A program made the position numbers and the translations under genes. Shown here piece by piece: positions 1-13,093 of a stretch of DNA of 64,000 nucleotides. The stretch is from Chrysomallon squamiferum (taxonomy: Eukaryota > Animalia > Mollusca), in the NCBI GenBank assembly GCA_012295275.1, contig CM022665.1:34720001-34784000 (forward strand). Direction: 5' to 3'. Each line of letters starts with the position of its first letter. The stretch's first letter is position 1. The notes beneath the pieces are model-generated. The model ran no database searches. It was not told where the DNA came from and saw only the letters and a program-made list of their open reading frames with translations.

Positions 1-1
<1 letters not shown>

Positions 2-39
<38 letters not shown>
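2..39. repeat. (CA)n microsatellite
   Basis: Direct reading. Confidence 0.9.
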
Positions 40-40
<1 letters not shown>

Positions 41-517
41 CTATTTTTTAATTATATTTATTTATTTATATTTTTTAAATTATGCTAAACGTAAATGCCC
101 TTGATAAATGCCAGGTATAAACAAACCAATAAAAAAAAAAAAAAAAAAATCTCATGAAGATAACACATTCCAAATTTCAAACCTCTGATCTGTTGGACAA
201 CTGTGTGCATTAAAAATAAATAGATCAATAAATCAGTAACAAAAAATTAGTTATCAGAACTTAAAAAATAAATTTTTGATCTATTTCAACATGCTAGAAA
301 ACTATCATCTATGACTTATCACCATTAAAGAAAACAAAAACAAAATTTTAATAATTTATTTATATTTATTTCATTTAATTAGATAAATAAATAAACATTG
401 AACAACAAATGCTGTGGTTTGCAGGTTTTATCAATGCATAATTTAAAAATTATAATGCAATCTTATCCATCTTTTTTCGAAATATATATATATATATGTA
501 TTTCAGTGATTGAAGGG

Positions 518-2012
518 ACATAACTTTTACAGACAAGAATCAGTGATGGGTCTCCTACCTAAGGAAGGTATATCTGAATTGAATTTTAAAAAGCTAAAAA
601 TGAATATTTGAATATCCTGAATTAAACTATACATCAATTTTATTACAAGTTTACAAACTCTGAACTACATGGAAATGTCATCAGTTGCTTGGAACAGCCA
701 TTAACATTATAGGCTACAAACTAGGCCTACTGAATGTATTCAATATGTAATAAAAATGTATGCTTCAGATGGGTGGAAGACTGATAAAAACAAAACAAAA
801 CAAAAAATACTTAAAAAAAAAAATATTTTATATAAATGTGGTTTATTGTGAATCTTTGAAGACATTTCAGACATTTTTTTTCTGCTTAATGTAACAGTGA
901 TTTATAAACTATAATGCAGTTTTTAATACACTAGTATGGAAATAATTTTTTTTGCTGTACATATTTAGAAATCAATTATTTTATACAGAAAAATATTTAT
1001 AAAACCAACAGAAGTTTTTGAATGAACATAACTTTTACAGACAAGAATCAGTGATGGGTCTCCTACCTAAGGAAGGTATATCTGAATTGAATTTTAAAAA
1101 GCTAAAAATGAATGTTTGAATATCCTGAATTAAACTATACATCAATTTTATTACAAGTTTACAAACTCTGAACTACATGGAAATGTCATCAGTTGCTTGG
1201 AACAGCCATTAACATTATAGGCTACAAACTAGGCATACTGAATGTATTCAATATGTAATAAAAATGTATGCTTCAGATGGGTGGAAGACTGATAAAAACA
1301 AAACAAAAACAAAATACTTAAAAAAAATATATTTTATATAAATGTGGTTTATTGTGAATCTTTGAAAACATTTCAGACATTTTTTTTCTGCTTAATGTAA
1401 CAGTGATTTATAAACTATAATGCAGTTTTTTATACACTAGTATGGAAATAATTTTTTTTGCTGTACATATTTAGAAATCAATTATTTTATACAGAAAAAT
1501 ATTTATAAAACCAACAGAGGTTTTTGAATGAACATAACTTTTATAGACAAGAATCAGTGATGGGTCTCCTACCTAAGGAAGGTATATCTGAATTGAATTT
1601 TAAAAAGCTAAAAATGAATGTTTGAATATCCTGAATTAAACTATACATCAATTTTATTACAAGTTTACAAACTCTGATCTACATGGAAATGCGATCAGTT
1701 GCTTGGAACAGCCATTAACATTATAGGCTACAAACTAGGCCTACTGAATGTATTCAATATGTAATAAAAATGTATGCTTCAGATGGGTGGAAGCCTGATA
1801 AAAACAAAACAAAAACAAAATAATAATAATAAAACTTTTTTTTTTTTTTTAATATAATGGTGGTTTATTGTGAATCTTTGAATAGGTATTTCAGACATTT
1901 TTATACTGCTTAATAAACTATAATGCAGTTATGGAAACGACTTTTTTGCTGTGCAAGTTTAAAAATCAATTGTTTTATACAGAAAATTATTTATTAAATC
2001 AGTAGAGGCTGT
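518..2012. repeat. Tandem repeat, ~507-bp unit x3 (third unit diverged in its distal half)
   Basis: ACATAACTTTTA(C/T)AGACAAGAATCAGTGATGGG starts at 518, 1026 and 1532. Confidence 0.92.
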
Positions 2013-3287
2013 TCCACTTTTAATGTACCAAAAAAAATATTGCTATAAGCAATTTTGTTTTATGCTGGTTGTCAACATTGTCAAATTTATGTCTGTGTAC
2101 ACTAAAACAGTTACTGACTTGGCAATTAAGAGTTTAAAAAACTGACTAATTCATTTCAGAATGTCACTTAAAAATGTTTTCCAAGTAATAATGCAAATAT
2201 CTGAAGATATTAATTATGGTACAGATTTCATAACACATATTCAATATTTATTTGATATTTCATTAAAAAAAAAAGACAAAATATTTCAAGGAAATTACAA
2301 TGAATGGTTACCGTATGACATGCTGAATGCAAAAATAAATAAACTTCATTTAAATGCAATGGCTACAGGAATAGAAAACCTGAACAAAACTAGCATCCTG
2401 AAAGAAAATAGTTGGTTATTCTTATTTGTAGGTTTCAACCAATTCTGATTTGAAAGCAAATAAAGAAACAAAATCAGAAAAAACATTTGAAATGTGCCTA
2501 CTGACTGCAAAAAAGAAACAAGACTAATTATGAATGATTTGTATTTTCGTAGATCTTAGTAGTACCTTTAGGGTCATTTTCATGCAATGAACATATAAAG
2601 AGTTAAATTATGTTATTTTATATAGAGCATTTACAGTTTTGCACATTTGCATGTGACATGGAACCATATACCCTGAAACAAAGCAGACCAACAGTAATTT
2701 GTGCAAAAGAATTTTACACAATATTTTAGCATTGTTAAGCTGACTTCCATTTTCCTGTTGATAATTATGTAAAAGAAAGATGAGAAATGATCAGGAGAAA
2801 ATTATCTATTTTGCTGAATGTTTATCAGCAGTCAGCTGATTAAATTTTAATTCGGTTTTGTTTGCCACTATCTGATACAAAACACAAATCATAATATTCA
2901 ATGATTAAATATTATTGCATTATTATACAACTAAACAAAGTAAAAAACCAAAAAAAACCCACTTAAAATCTATTATATTCTGTTCATTCTAACAGTGCCT
3001 TAAACTCAAATTACAGACTAACCACATGTAACTGTTGTATTGTCTTCTTATTTTAAAGTTATTTTTATTTAGATATAACAATTTAACATGTGAACATCAG
3101 AATGTTTTCCATTTTAAAAATCCCAACCAAAAAATGAATTAAATTATTTTAAAAAAATAAAATAAAATAAAATAAATAAATCCCACCAATCTATAGATTT
3201 TTAAAAATATTTCTGTAAATTTTTAAAATAAAGAAACACCAGTAATACAAAATAGGAAGACAAATGTAGCTGTCATCAGCAGGTTCC

Positions 3288-3356
3288 CACTGTACAATCA
3301 TCTTGATTATAACCGTGACGTTAGTCGTTTTCGTCATAACCTTTCATTATCAGCTG
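3288..3356 (-). promoter_or_regulatory. SECIS element (type II-like) of SelW copy 1
   Basis: Minus strand reads ATGAA-A-GGTTATGAC-G-AAAA-C-GAC-TAAC-GTC-ACG-GTTATAATC-A-AGAT. This gives an AUGA...GA core, a 9-bp helix II, an unpaired AAAA and an apical mini-stem GAC/GTC. It lies in a predicted 3'UTR exon starting at 3386 after a strong pyrimidine-tract acceptor. Confidence 0.85.
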
Positions 3357-3722
3357 ATCCCCTGATAACATCTGAAAATGTCATCCCTGTAAAAAAAAAG
3401 AAGAAAAAAACAGAAGAAAATAAAAACGTTTTAATTCATGGATATGTTATTAAAAGTTTTAAACAAGAAGTATTAATAACAGCTGTGATCAATACTTTCA
3501 AGTCAAGTAACTAGTTTAGCTGCTTTTTTATTTAATTTTATTTACATTGCATATTAAATACAGTAGTAGTAGATTAAGAAGAAATGTTTTATGTAGATTG
3601 TCCAAGCATATAAAATTGAATATTTATATAAATGAAAGAATGAATATTTAACGACATTAAAGGCTTTGGTTATCAGATATGAAAATTAAAATGACACACC
3701 ATTTTGTTTTTGTTTAATGAGT

Positions 3723-6700
3723 TTACTGCTTTGCTAGAGCTTCTTGAACACCATTAATTATTTTCTGAACTTTTTCTTCAGAGTCTATGTAACCATCACC
3801 ATTCTGAAATAAAATAACACTTTTAATTAATATTTTTATTTGAAGGAATGTCTTTACATAAAAAAAATTAAAGAGAAAAATGATTTGGGGATTTCCAAAA
3901 ATCGTATGTATTATTAATATATTTGTCAGTTTCAACGAGCAATGTTTTGTTGTAAGGTATGGGAAACAGTAAAATACCATTCAGTTATAAATATTAAATA
4001 ACTTATTTTGCAAACATTTAGTAGCCAGAAATGAAATCTATAACGTAAAAGTATGTCCTGTTCGAACCATAAACTATACAGTAACATCTTGCCTTTTTTG
4101 AGTGTAGAAGTTTTCCACCTACAATTTCAACCTCCAAGTATCCTGTACTGACTGGAGTAGCATAACTGGTCTTTTTGAAAGAAAATAATGATAATAATAA
4201 TAATAATAATAATAATAGAAAATATGCCAGTTTCAAAAATAATATAGAAGTGTTATTACTTTGTCATATAAAAGACACAAGTGCTAGCACGATTGTTTTA
4301 AATCTTCTAATCTTAGCAAGTCACTTATTTCAAAAATTCAAACCTTCTGTGTGCTAGTAGGATACTGTATATAAAAGAAATAGATTAAAAATGTACAAAT
4401 TTTAACTTTCAGTCTTGGATTTACTTACAAATTCCAGTTGTCCAGGAAACTCACTATCCAGGCGTTCTTTTATCTTCCTATACTGAAAAAAGAATTTAAA
4501 ATTTGTAAAACATGATGTATATAAATGTCATTATAATCATAAGTTTTAATTTCTAAAGCAGACGAATAATTAAACGGGTTTACCTAACTTATAAAAAAAT
4601 CTTCTTTCTTTTTTTTCTTTTTTGCAACTGTTAAACGCTAACAATGTTACAGAAGATATTAACACAAACTATATATTTACCTTTGGTTCATATCCTCATA
4701 CACCACTGAAATAAGAAAAATTAATTATGTATATATCATTATTGTTTGGTTCAAAGGTAACACAACCATTTAAAAGGCTTCTTAAAAGGCTTTTTGGCAT
4801 ATTAATATATCTTTTTTAAATTATTTTCTCCTTGTAAGTATTGTATAGTAGATAAAATAATAATAAACAGATAAACGGATTTATTATTTAATTAAAAAAA
4901 CTATATATATATATTCACAGTAACAATTATTTCTTAGAAATAGAATAAGCTGCCTAATAACCGATTCAAAGTTGCAAGTCCATACAAAATGTTTCTTGAC
5001 ATACTAAAACAATATAAATGTGCCACAAACGGTATGGAAAGCTGTATATGTATTATATTTATGCAATTATTATTTTAGCATGAATTTTGTTATAGGATTC
5101 TGGGAACATGACTATAAGGAACTGACTAGCAAGAGTTGGATGGAATCCATACACAATGTGTTGGGTGTCTGCATCTAACACTGGTTTAACTGAAAATGAA
5201 ACTTTCCAGCTAAGCATCTATTATCTGGATTTTGTTGGCATGTTTTGGGGATTTGTTATAGTGTTCATGAAGCCACTGCCCCCTTGAAACCATAACCAAT
5301 TACTTTATACATGTAATAAAGTACAATATTTCTAACATATTTGGCTGATAGTACTTGGGAGATACTTCTGGCTATTGTCACAAAATACTGACACATCTAC
5401 ATTTTGTTGTTGGACGTAATGGATCAAGTATGTTTATCGACTTTCATTTTATAACTTGGATCGTTTGTATTAAAATAAAATAATGCGTTTCAGTAACTAA
5501 CACTGAAAGTGAAGCAAGAAGTAGGAACCGTTGACCGATTTTAAAATATCTATCGAAGCAACCTACCCCGTGGCGAGATCGCCTGACCTCCCCACAAGTT
5601 CAATTATTAAAATATCTAATGCATTTCTTTTATTTTAATCCTAAACAAAATAAAAGACAAGTGAATAAGATTATCACTACTGATATCACAATCCGTTTCA
5701 GCAGTAGAAAACGAATTACTTATTTCTTTTTAAGTGGACAGGACCGCCCGTAGACTCGCTAAGATCTGTTACATTCCGATGATGTGAATTTTATTTTTCT
5801 TACTTTCCAGAGCAGAATATATGCAAAATGATTAGATAAAAATTAAATGAATTCTTGAATAAGTTTAAAAGAAATATTAATTAAATGATCACAATAACCG
5901 GCTTACCGAGATGGTACCAAATTCAATCACGGAACCAGATCAAATACGCCATTTTGAATTTAGACGTTGTATTTGAAAATGCCGCTGCACCAGTGAACGT
6001 TATGCTTAGTTTAAAATACCATTGAAATAGAAATTGAACTACAGTTCGAATGATACCAGAAATGCTGCGCCTTAATTCACTGCAATATGTCGCAACTGTT
6101 TGAAACTGATTTTTCAAGAAATACGTGATTGTTTTTCTTTTATTCCCATCTTGCCACATAACATATAGCACACCACTTACAGGGAACAAAGCCGATAACG
6201 TTGTCCAACATGAAAACATATGCGCTGTCGGCTGCGTTTAAAACGTCACGTTAAGTAACTCTTGATCAAACAAATAAACAATTCAAGAGCAAAACTTCAT
6301 CTTTATTTACGTGCATATCATAATGTTACTGAATTGCTCGTAAGCCGAGTTAAAAGATGTTAAAAACAAACGATTTTGCAAATTGTGTAAACTGGCTGAA
6401 ACGTAACAGTCTACCGCTACCTCCACTATTTGTTTGTTGATTTTTTTTCCTTTTTATTGATTGATTTATTTATTACTTTTTTTTTCTTTTTTCTTTTTAA
6501 TAAATTAAATAAAACATTATTTGCACTGACCACAATTAACTGAAAATAAATAAATCAAAGGTCATATCTTGGTGCTACTATGTGTTCTTTTATTCTCTCC
6601 AAATACAAATAAATTTGTTAGCATGTCTTTGCACTTTTAAATTATCTTCTAGAAATTCTTTTTATTTTTAGTCATTCATTGCCTTTGGCTTTAGGTCAAC

Positions 6701-6863
6701 ATTTCCAATAATCACTATTTTTGACAGAAATAAAATTAAATAAATGTTGATCAGCAAAAAATAACTTAACACCGATACCATAATAAACGTATGTTAAAAT
6801 TTCCATTTCATTGATTTCTGTCGATCAAACTTACCAGTAAATTACATGTATTTTGAGACCCAT
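3723..6863 (-). CDS. SELENOW: Selenoprotein W (Rdx family), copy 1; 5 coding exons, 88 aa, Sec encoded by TGA at 4696-4698
   Basis: Exons (minus): 6863-6835, 4705-4681, 4482-4429, 4170-4093, 3803-3723; phases compatible; GT-AG except one GC-AG. Translation MGLKIHVIYCGVUGYEPKYRKIKERLDSEFPGQLEFTSYATPVSTGYLEVEIVGGKLLHSKKNGDGYIDSEEKVQKIINGVQEALAKQ shows the SelW hallmarks YCGxUGY, EFPG, G(F/Y)xEV and KLxHSKKxGDGY. SECIS present downstream. Confidence 0.93.
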
Positions 6864-7008
6864 CGTTTTCTAGTAACTTCTGCCAATGGCTGTATCAAGG
6901 GACATAATTACAATAACATTATTGATATTTTTGGCGCCAATTTTGCTTTTGTTCATTGAGATTTTTGGATAAAACTCTGATTAAATAATAATAATAACAA
7001 TTGACAGA

Positions 7009-7068
7009 ATGAAAAACATAACAATTTACTGTATGGCAGACTTTGCAGTGTCCACCAGTCTTAGCTGA
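7009..7068 (+). pseudogene. Disrupted duplicate of kelch gene exon 1
   Basis: MKNITIYCMAD followed by a 1-nt insertion frameshift and TGA; donor lost. Homologous to 20971-21032. Confidence 0.7.
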
Positions 7069-7138
7069 TTAATTAAAGAGTGTTTTAATTTGTTGAACAA
7101 TCAAAATCAAAGTCATTTAAATCTACAACAAAACACAT

Positions 7139-7169
<31 letters not shown>

Positions 7170-7214
7170 TTTTATTTTATTTCATTCATTTCTTTATTTT
7201 ATTTTATTTCATTA

Positions 7215-7255
<41 letters not shown>

Positions 7256-7390
7256 TAATTACTATCATTTTTTTTTTACTTAATCTCAAAATCTAAACCT
7301 TTTTAACTATTAAATGTTATCTATCTCTTAATCGCGAATTAATTTTATTATCAATTATTTGATTTTTTTTCTTGATTTTCTTTATTATTA

Positions 7391-7391
<1 letters not shown>

Positions 7392-7428
<37 letters not shown>
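7392..7428. repeat. (CA)n microsatellite
   Basis: Direct reading. Confidence 0.9.
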
Positions 7429-7431
<3 letters not shown>

Positions 7432-7979
7432 TCTATTTTTTAATTATATTTATTTATTTATATTTTATATTTTATTTGTTTTTTAAATAAATCTGAGTTT
7501 CTTCCTGATCAACGTTGTTAGGCAAGTTTTATTTGTGCGTATAATTATTTTTCTAATTGTCTGTTTTCACGTTATACGCAGTTGTTGGATTGAAATATGT
7601 TCTTGTTATTTTGTTTCTATTACTATTATTATTTTATTTTCATTTTTTAAAATTTTTGAATATCAATTTGCTCACTTGTTAGTTTTCTAAAAATGTATTT
7701 GTTCATTTTATTTTATTTGTTTGTTTATTTATTTATTTATTCTATTTCTTCTTATTATTAGCATTTAAAATACTGTTTATATGTGTTAAATATTTTATCA
7801 GTTCATGTCCGCATAATACTAAGGGCGTCAAAATAATATAATATATTTGTCTCATGATAAATATTATTCCAGAAGTTATATATCTTTATTTTATTTTTAT
7901 TTCTTCTTCTTCTTCTTTCTTTCTTTCTTTATTATTATTTTATTTTTTGCAGTTCAGTGTTTACAGTTTCCTAAATAAA

Positions 7980-7982
<3 letters not shown>

Positions 7983-8025
<43 letters not shown>
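7983..8025. repeat. (AC)n microsatellite
   Basis: Direct reading. Confidence 0.9.
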
Positions 8026-8028
<3 letters not shown>

Positions 8029-8457
8029 AGTATATTTTACAAACTAATTAGATTCTGCTGAAAATATTTTTCTTTGTTATTTCGAGAAACTAAATGCAGA
8101 TGGTGAGCGAATACGTGTTCATATTTAAGTATGTTATACGCGAACTGTTTAAATTTGTTTTCCCACAGTAATTAAATATATAATATCCACTAATAAAGTC
8201 AGTGTCTTTATAAGTGATAATTTAAATATTTAAAAAATAAGCTGACTTTGCAAGCCACAATACTTGAGACTACCTATGTCAGTAATGGATTCAGATAAAA
8301 TTAGTTTTAATAAAATTATGGATAAATATGAACAGTCACTTTTGCTGTTTTTATAGTTGCTATAATTTTGTTGTCGTTTTCATTACTTTTCTTGATACAG
8401 TGTTCATGATGCTCTTCATAAAAAATAAATAAATAAATAAATAAAAATAAATAAATA

Positions 8458-8506
<49 letters not shown>

Positions 8507-9354
8507 TAAAAAAAGAAAATATTTTATATTCAACAAATACTTTTTGTATATACAACATTATCATTCTTATTTCTGTTTAATTAATTGTCCATAAATTAGT
8601 GCAAATTAATTTTCAGTCCAACATAATTCCATAAAGAAAGGTTTAAATAGTTTTATACTTACTTTATTTTGAATACATCGGATGTAAATAACTTAAGACA
8701 TTAATAAATTATTTATTTTATTTATTGGATATAAATTTTTATCTAGTTAATTATATATTACTTTCCCTTTAAACATTATTTCTTGCGGGAGCTTTATATA
8801 TTTTAACTTCTATAAACATTCTTGAGATTATCCAACTAAAAGAAGTAGAAGATTTTATATTACGATGAATCATTTTGTCTAACGTGCAGTTTTATTATTA
8901 TTTATTTTTCATATTATTTTTAATATTATTATTGTCGTTGTTGTTGTTGATGTTGTTGTTATTATCATCATCATTATTATCACTTTAAAAACAAATAACT
9001 ATATTCAGAAGTACAGTAACAAATTTCAGTATTATGTTCAGTCTATATGAATTTAAATTAAAATAATGAAATTTTAAAATGGTAATAAATGGATAAATAA
9101 ATAAAAATAAAGCTGTAATCGACAGTCTTAAGAAAACGAAGAATTCAATTCTTCTGGTATTGTTCTGTTATTATTTATTTATTTAATACCTCACAACTGT
9201 TAGTATAAATTAAAGCCTGCTTTTATGCTTTTTTCTTGAAAACATCTCTAAAAATATTAACTTTAAAATAAAATATATTTTATTTTTGTTCGTTTTGTTT
9301 GTTTGTTTGTTGTTTTCTTTTTGTTTTTTGTTTTGCTTCTTTTTTTAAATATAA

Positions 9355-9407
<53 letters not shown>
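9355..9407. repeat. (TAT)n microsatellite
   Basis: Direct reading. Confidence 0.9.
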
Positions 9408-9408
<1 letters not shown>

Positions 9409-10821
9409 AGAAATAGGTATATTTTATTGGCAACAAAAATTATCCAAACTTTGTGACCTTGAACTTTAGATTTTCTTTTATCAGAATTTTACGAACGTGC
9501 TTTTAAGAACAAAATAACAATTTGTTGACTTTCCTTTCTCGTGGTATGTTCAAATTTTTTTTTTTTTAATTTTTGGGGGGAGTGGGAGGTGGTTTGTTAA
9601 ACCGCCATCTCGGGCGAAATACGGGTACATGTTAAAATACAACACATCTGCAGGTAAGATACAGTGCAATTATTCATGTAGCCTATATTCATTACAAAAA
9701 TATGCATGTTGTACTCATATCGATCTCTTCCACTTTTATGACAGATACGGAACCACCAATGTCATAAGTAATGTCACGGTTGTTTGGTTACGACTAGAAT
9801 ACGGTTCACGTAAATTTTGGCTAAGTAAAACAATTTAAGATAGTTTACTATTTCTAATTTTCGTTTACTTAGTTCTGCGGAGATCTCTGAATATTGTTTC
9901 TAAGTAGTGCATCCCTACATCTTTTTATTAATTAAATTTATTATGTATATATGTATATATGTATGTATGTATGTATTTTCAAATTTAAAAATAAAAATAA
10001 AGAAGACTGCTTTGAGCATTTGTATTTTGTTTATTTATTTATATTTTTTAAATTATGCTAAACGTAAATGCCCTTGATAAATGCCAGGTATAAACAAACC
10101 AATAAATAAAAAAAAAAAGGTTACATGCCTGTATTTTATAATGGAAATTAATTTTGGAAATCAAAAGGAGTGTTCTTTATATTTTTTTGTTTGAATTATT
10201 TTCATGTACATCTATTTGTCTTCTTTGTATTATGTTTATAAATTACTTTGTGTATTTTAATGGATGTGTATATTAAGGCATGAACAAAGTACCTGCACCC
10301 ATCAGTAATCTGATATCGGTTTTATTCAGATCAGCCAAGATATATTTGATGGGCTGTTTTCCAGCTAAACAAGAAATTTACTGTTAATTAGATGTAGACA
10401 TTTTGTCTTAGGTAGTCAATTATTTTATACTTCTATCATTTATGAAGTTGAAAATCTCATGAAGATAACACATTCCAAATTTCAAACCTCTGATCTGTTG
10501 GACAACTGTGTGCATTAAAAATAAATAGATCAATAAATCAGTAACAAAAAATTAGTTATCAGAACTTAAAAAATAAATTTTTGATCTATTTCAACATGCT
10601 AGAAAACTATCATCTATGACTTATCACCATTAAAGAAATTAAAACAAATTTTGAATAATTTATTTATATTTATTTCATTTAATTAGATAAATAAATAAAC
10701 ATTGAACAACAAATGCTGTGGTTTGCAGGTTTTATCAATGCATAATTTAAAAATTATAATGCAATCTTATCCATCTTTTTTCGAAATATATATATATATA
10801 TGTATTTCAGTGATTGAAGGG

Positions 10822-11818
10822 ACATAACTTTTACAGACAAGAATCAGTGATGGGTCTCCTACCTAAGGAAGGTATATCTGAATTGAATTTTAAAAAGCTA
10901 AAAATGAATGTTTGAATATCCTGAATTAAACTATACATCAATTTTATTACAAGTTTACAAACTCTGAACTACATGGAAATGTCATCAGTTGCTTGGAACA
11001 GCCATTAACATTATAGGCTACAATCTAGGCCTACTGAATGTATTCAATATGTAATAAAAATGTATGCTTCAGATGGGTGGAAGACTGATAAAAACAAAAC
11101 AAAAACAAAATACTTAAAAAAAATATATTTTATATAAATGTGGTTTATTGTGAATCTTTGAAGACATTTCAGACATTTTTTTTCTGCTTAATGTAACAGT
11201 GATTTATAAACTATAATGCAGTTTTTTATACACTAGTATGGAAATAATTTTTTTTTTTGCTGTACATATTTAGAAATCAATTATTTTATACAGAAAAATA
11301 TTTATAAAACCAACAGAGGTTTTTGAATGAACATAACTTTTATAGACAAGAATCAGTGATGGGTCTCCTACCTAAGGAAGGTATATCTGAATTGAATTTT
11401 AAAAAGCTAAAAATGAATGTTTGAATATCCTGAATTAAACTATACATCAATTTTATTACAAGTTTACAAACTCTGAACTACATGGAAATGCCATCAGTTG
11501 CTTGGAACAGCCATTAACATTATAGGCTACAAACTAGGCCTACTGAATGTATTCAATATGTAATAAAAATGTATGCTTCAGATGGGTGGAAGACTGATAA
11601 AAACAAAACAAAAACAAAATAATAATAATAAAACTTTTTACTTTTTTTTTTTTTTTAATATAATGGTGGTTTATTGTGAATCTTTGAATAGGTATTTCAG
11701 ACATTTTTATACTGCTTAATAAACTATAATGCAGTTATGGAAACGACTTTTTTGCTGTGCAAGTTTAAAAATCAATTGTTTTATACAGAAAATTATTTAT
11801 TAAATCAGTAGAGGCTGT
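10822..11818. repeat. Tandem repeat, ~509-bp unit x2
   Basis: Same unit starts at 10822 and 11331. Confidence 0.92.
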
Positions 11819-13093
11819 TCCACTTTTAATGTACCAAAAAAAATATTGCTATAAGCAATTTTGTTTTATGCTGGTTGTCAACATTGTCAAATTTATGTCT
11901 GTGTACACTAAAACAGTTACTGACTTGGCAATTAAGAGTTTAAAAAACTGACTAATTCATTTCAGAATGTCACTTAAAAATGTTTTCCAAGTAATAATGC
12001 AAATATCTGAAGATATTAATTATGGTACAGATTTCATAACACATATTCAATATTTATTTGATATTTCATTAAAAAAAAAAGACAAAATATTTCAAGGAAA
12101 TTACAATGAATGGTTACCGTATGACATGCTGAATGCAAAAATAAATAAACTTCATTTAAATGCAATGGCTACAGGAATAGAAAACCTGAACAAAACTAGC
12201 ATCCTGAAAGAAAATAGTTGGTTATTCTTATTTGTAGGTTTCAACCAATTCTGATTTGAAAGCAAATAAAGAAACAAAATCAGAAAAACATTTGAAATGT
12301 GCCTACTGACTGCAAAAGAAACAAGACTAATTATGAATGATTTGTATTTTCGTAGATCTTAGTAGTACCTTTAGGGTCATTTTCATGCAATGAACATATA
12401 AAGAGTTAAATTATGTTATTTTATATAGAGCATTTACAGTTTTGCACATTTGCATGTGACATGGAACCATATACCCTGAAACAAAGCAGACCAACAGTAA
12501 TTTGTGCAAAGAATTTTACACAATATTTTAGCATTGTTAAGCTGACTTCCATTTTCCTGTTGATAATTATGTAAAAGAAAGATGAGAAATGATCAGGAGA
12601 AAATTATCTATTTTGCTGAATGTTTATCAGCAGTCAGCTGATTAAATTTTAATTCCGGTTTTGTTTGCCACTATCTGATACAAAACACAAATCATAATAT
12701 TCAATGATTAAATATTATTGCATTATTATACAACTAAACAAAGTAAAAAAACCAAAAAAAAACCCACTTAAAATCTATTATATTCTGTTCATTCTAACAG
12801 TGCCTTAAACTCAAATTACAGACTAACCACATGTAACTGTTGTATTGTCTTCTTATTTTTAAAGTTATTTTTATTTAGATATAACAATTTAACATGTGAA
12901 CATCAGAATGTTTTCCATTTTAAAAATCCCAACCAAAAAATGAATTAAATTATTTTAAAAAAATAAAATAAAATAAAATAAATAAATCCCACCAATCTAT
13001 AGATTTTTAAAAATATTTCTGTAAATTTTTAAAATAAAGAAACACCAGTAATACAAAATAGGAAGACAAATGTAGCTGTCATCAGCAGGTTCC

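Larger units (their letters stand above)
145..5766. repeat. Segmental duplication unit A (near-identical to ~10451-15890), carrying SelW exons 2-5 and SECIS
   Basis: Direct alignment by eye, with an offset of ~9805 across the gene body; differences are a few block indels and single-base homopolymer differences. Confidence 0.93.

Noticed and set aside
546-554. ATGGGTCTC in the tandem unit matches the first 9 nt of the SelW CDS
   Set aside because: Similarity ends after 9 nt and is on the opposite strand; likely chance.
518-2012. Regularly spaced repeats as a CRISPR-like array
   Set aside because: Whole ~507-bp units repeat with no unique spacers; eukaryotic context.
2161-2448. 95-aa ORF repeated identically at 11967-12254
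   Set aside because: The identity is explained by the recent segmental duplication; AT-rich composition and no recognisable motif.
5560-5600. Short GC-rich stretch considered as tRNA/snRNA
   Set aside because: No cloverleaf, A/B boxes or recognisable snRNA sequence.
5923-6219. 98-aa minus-strand ORF
   Set aside because: Inside SelW intron 1; the paralogous segment at ~17200-17520 carries indels; no motif.
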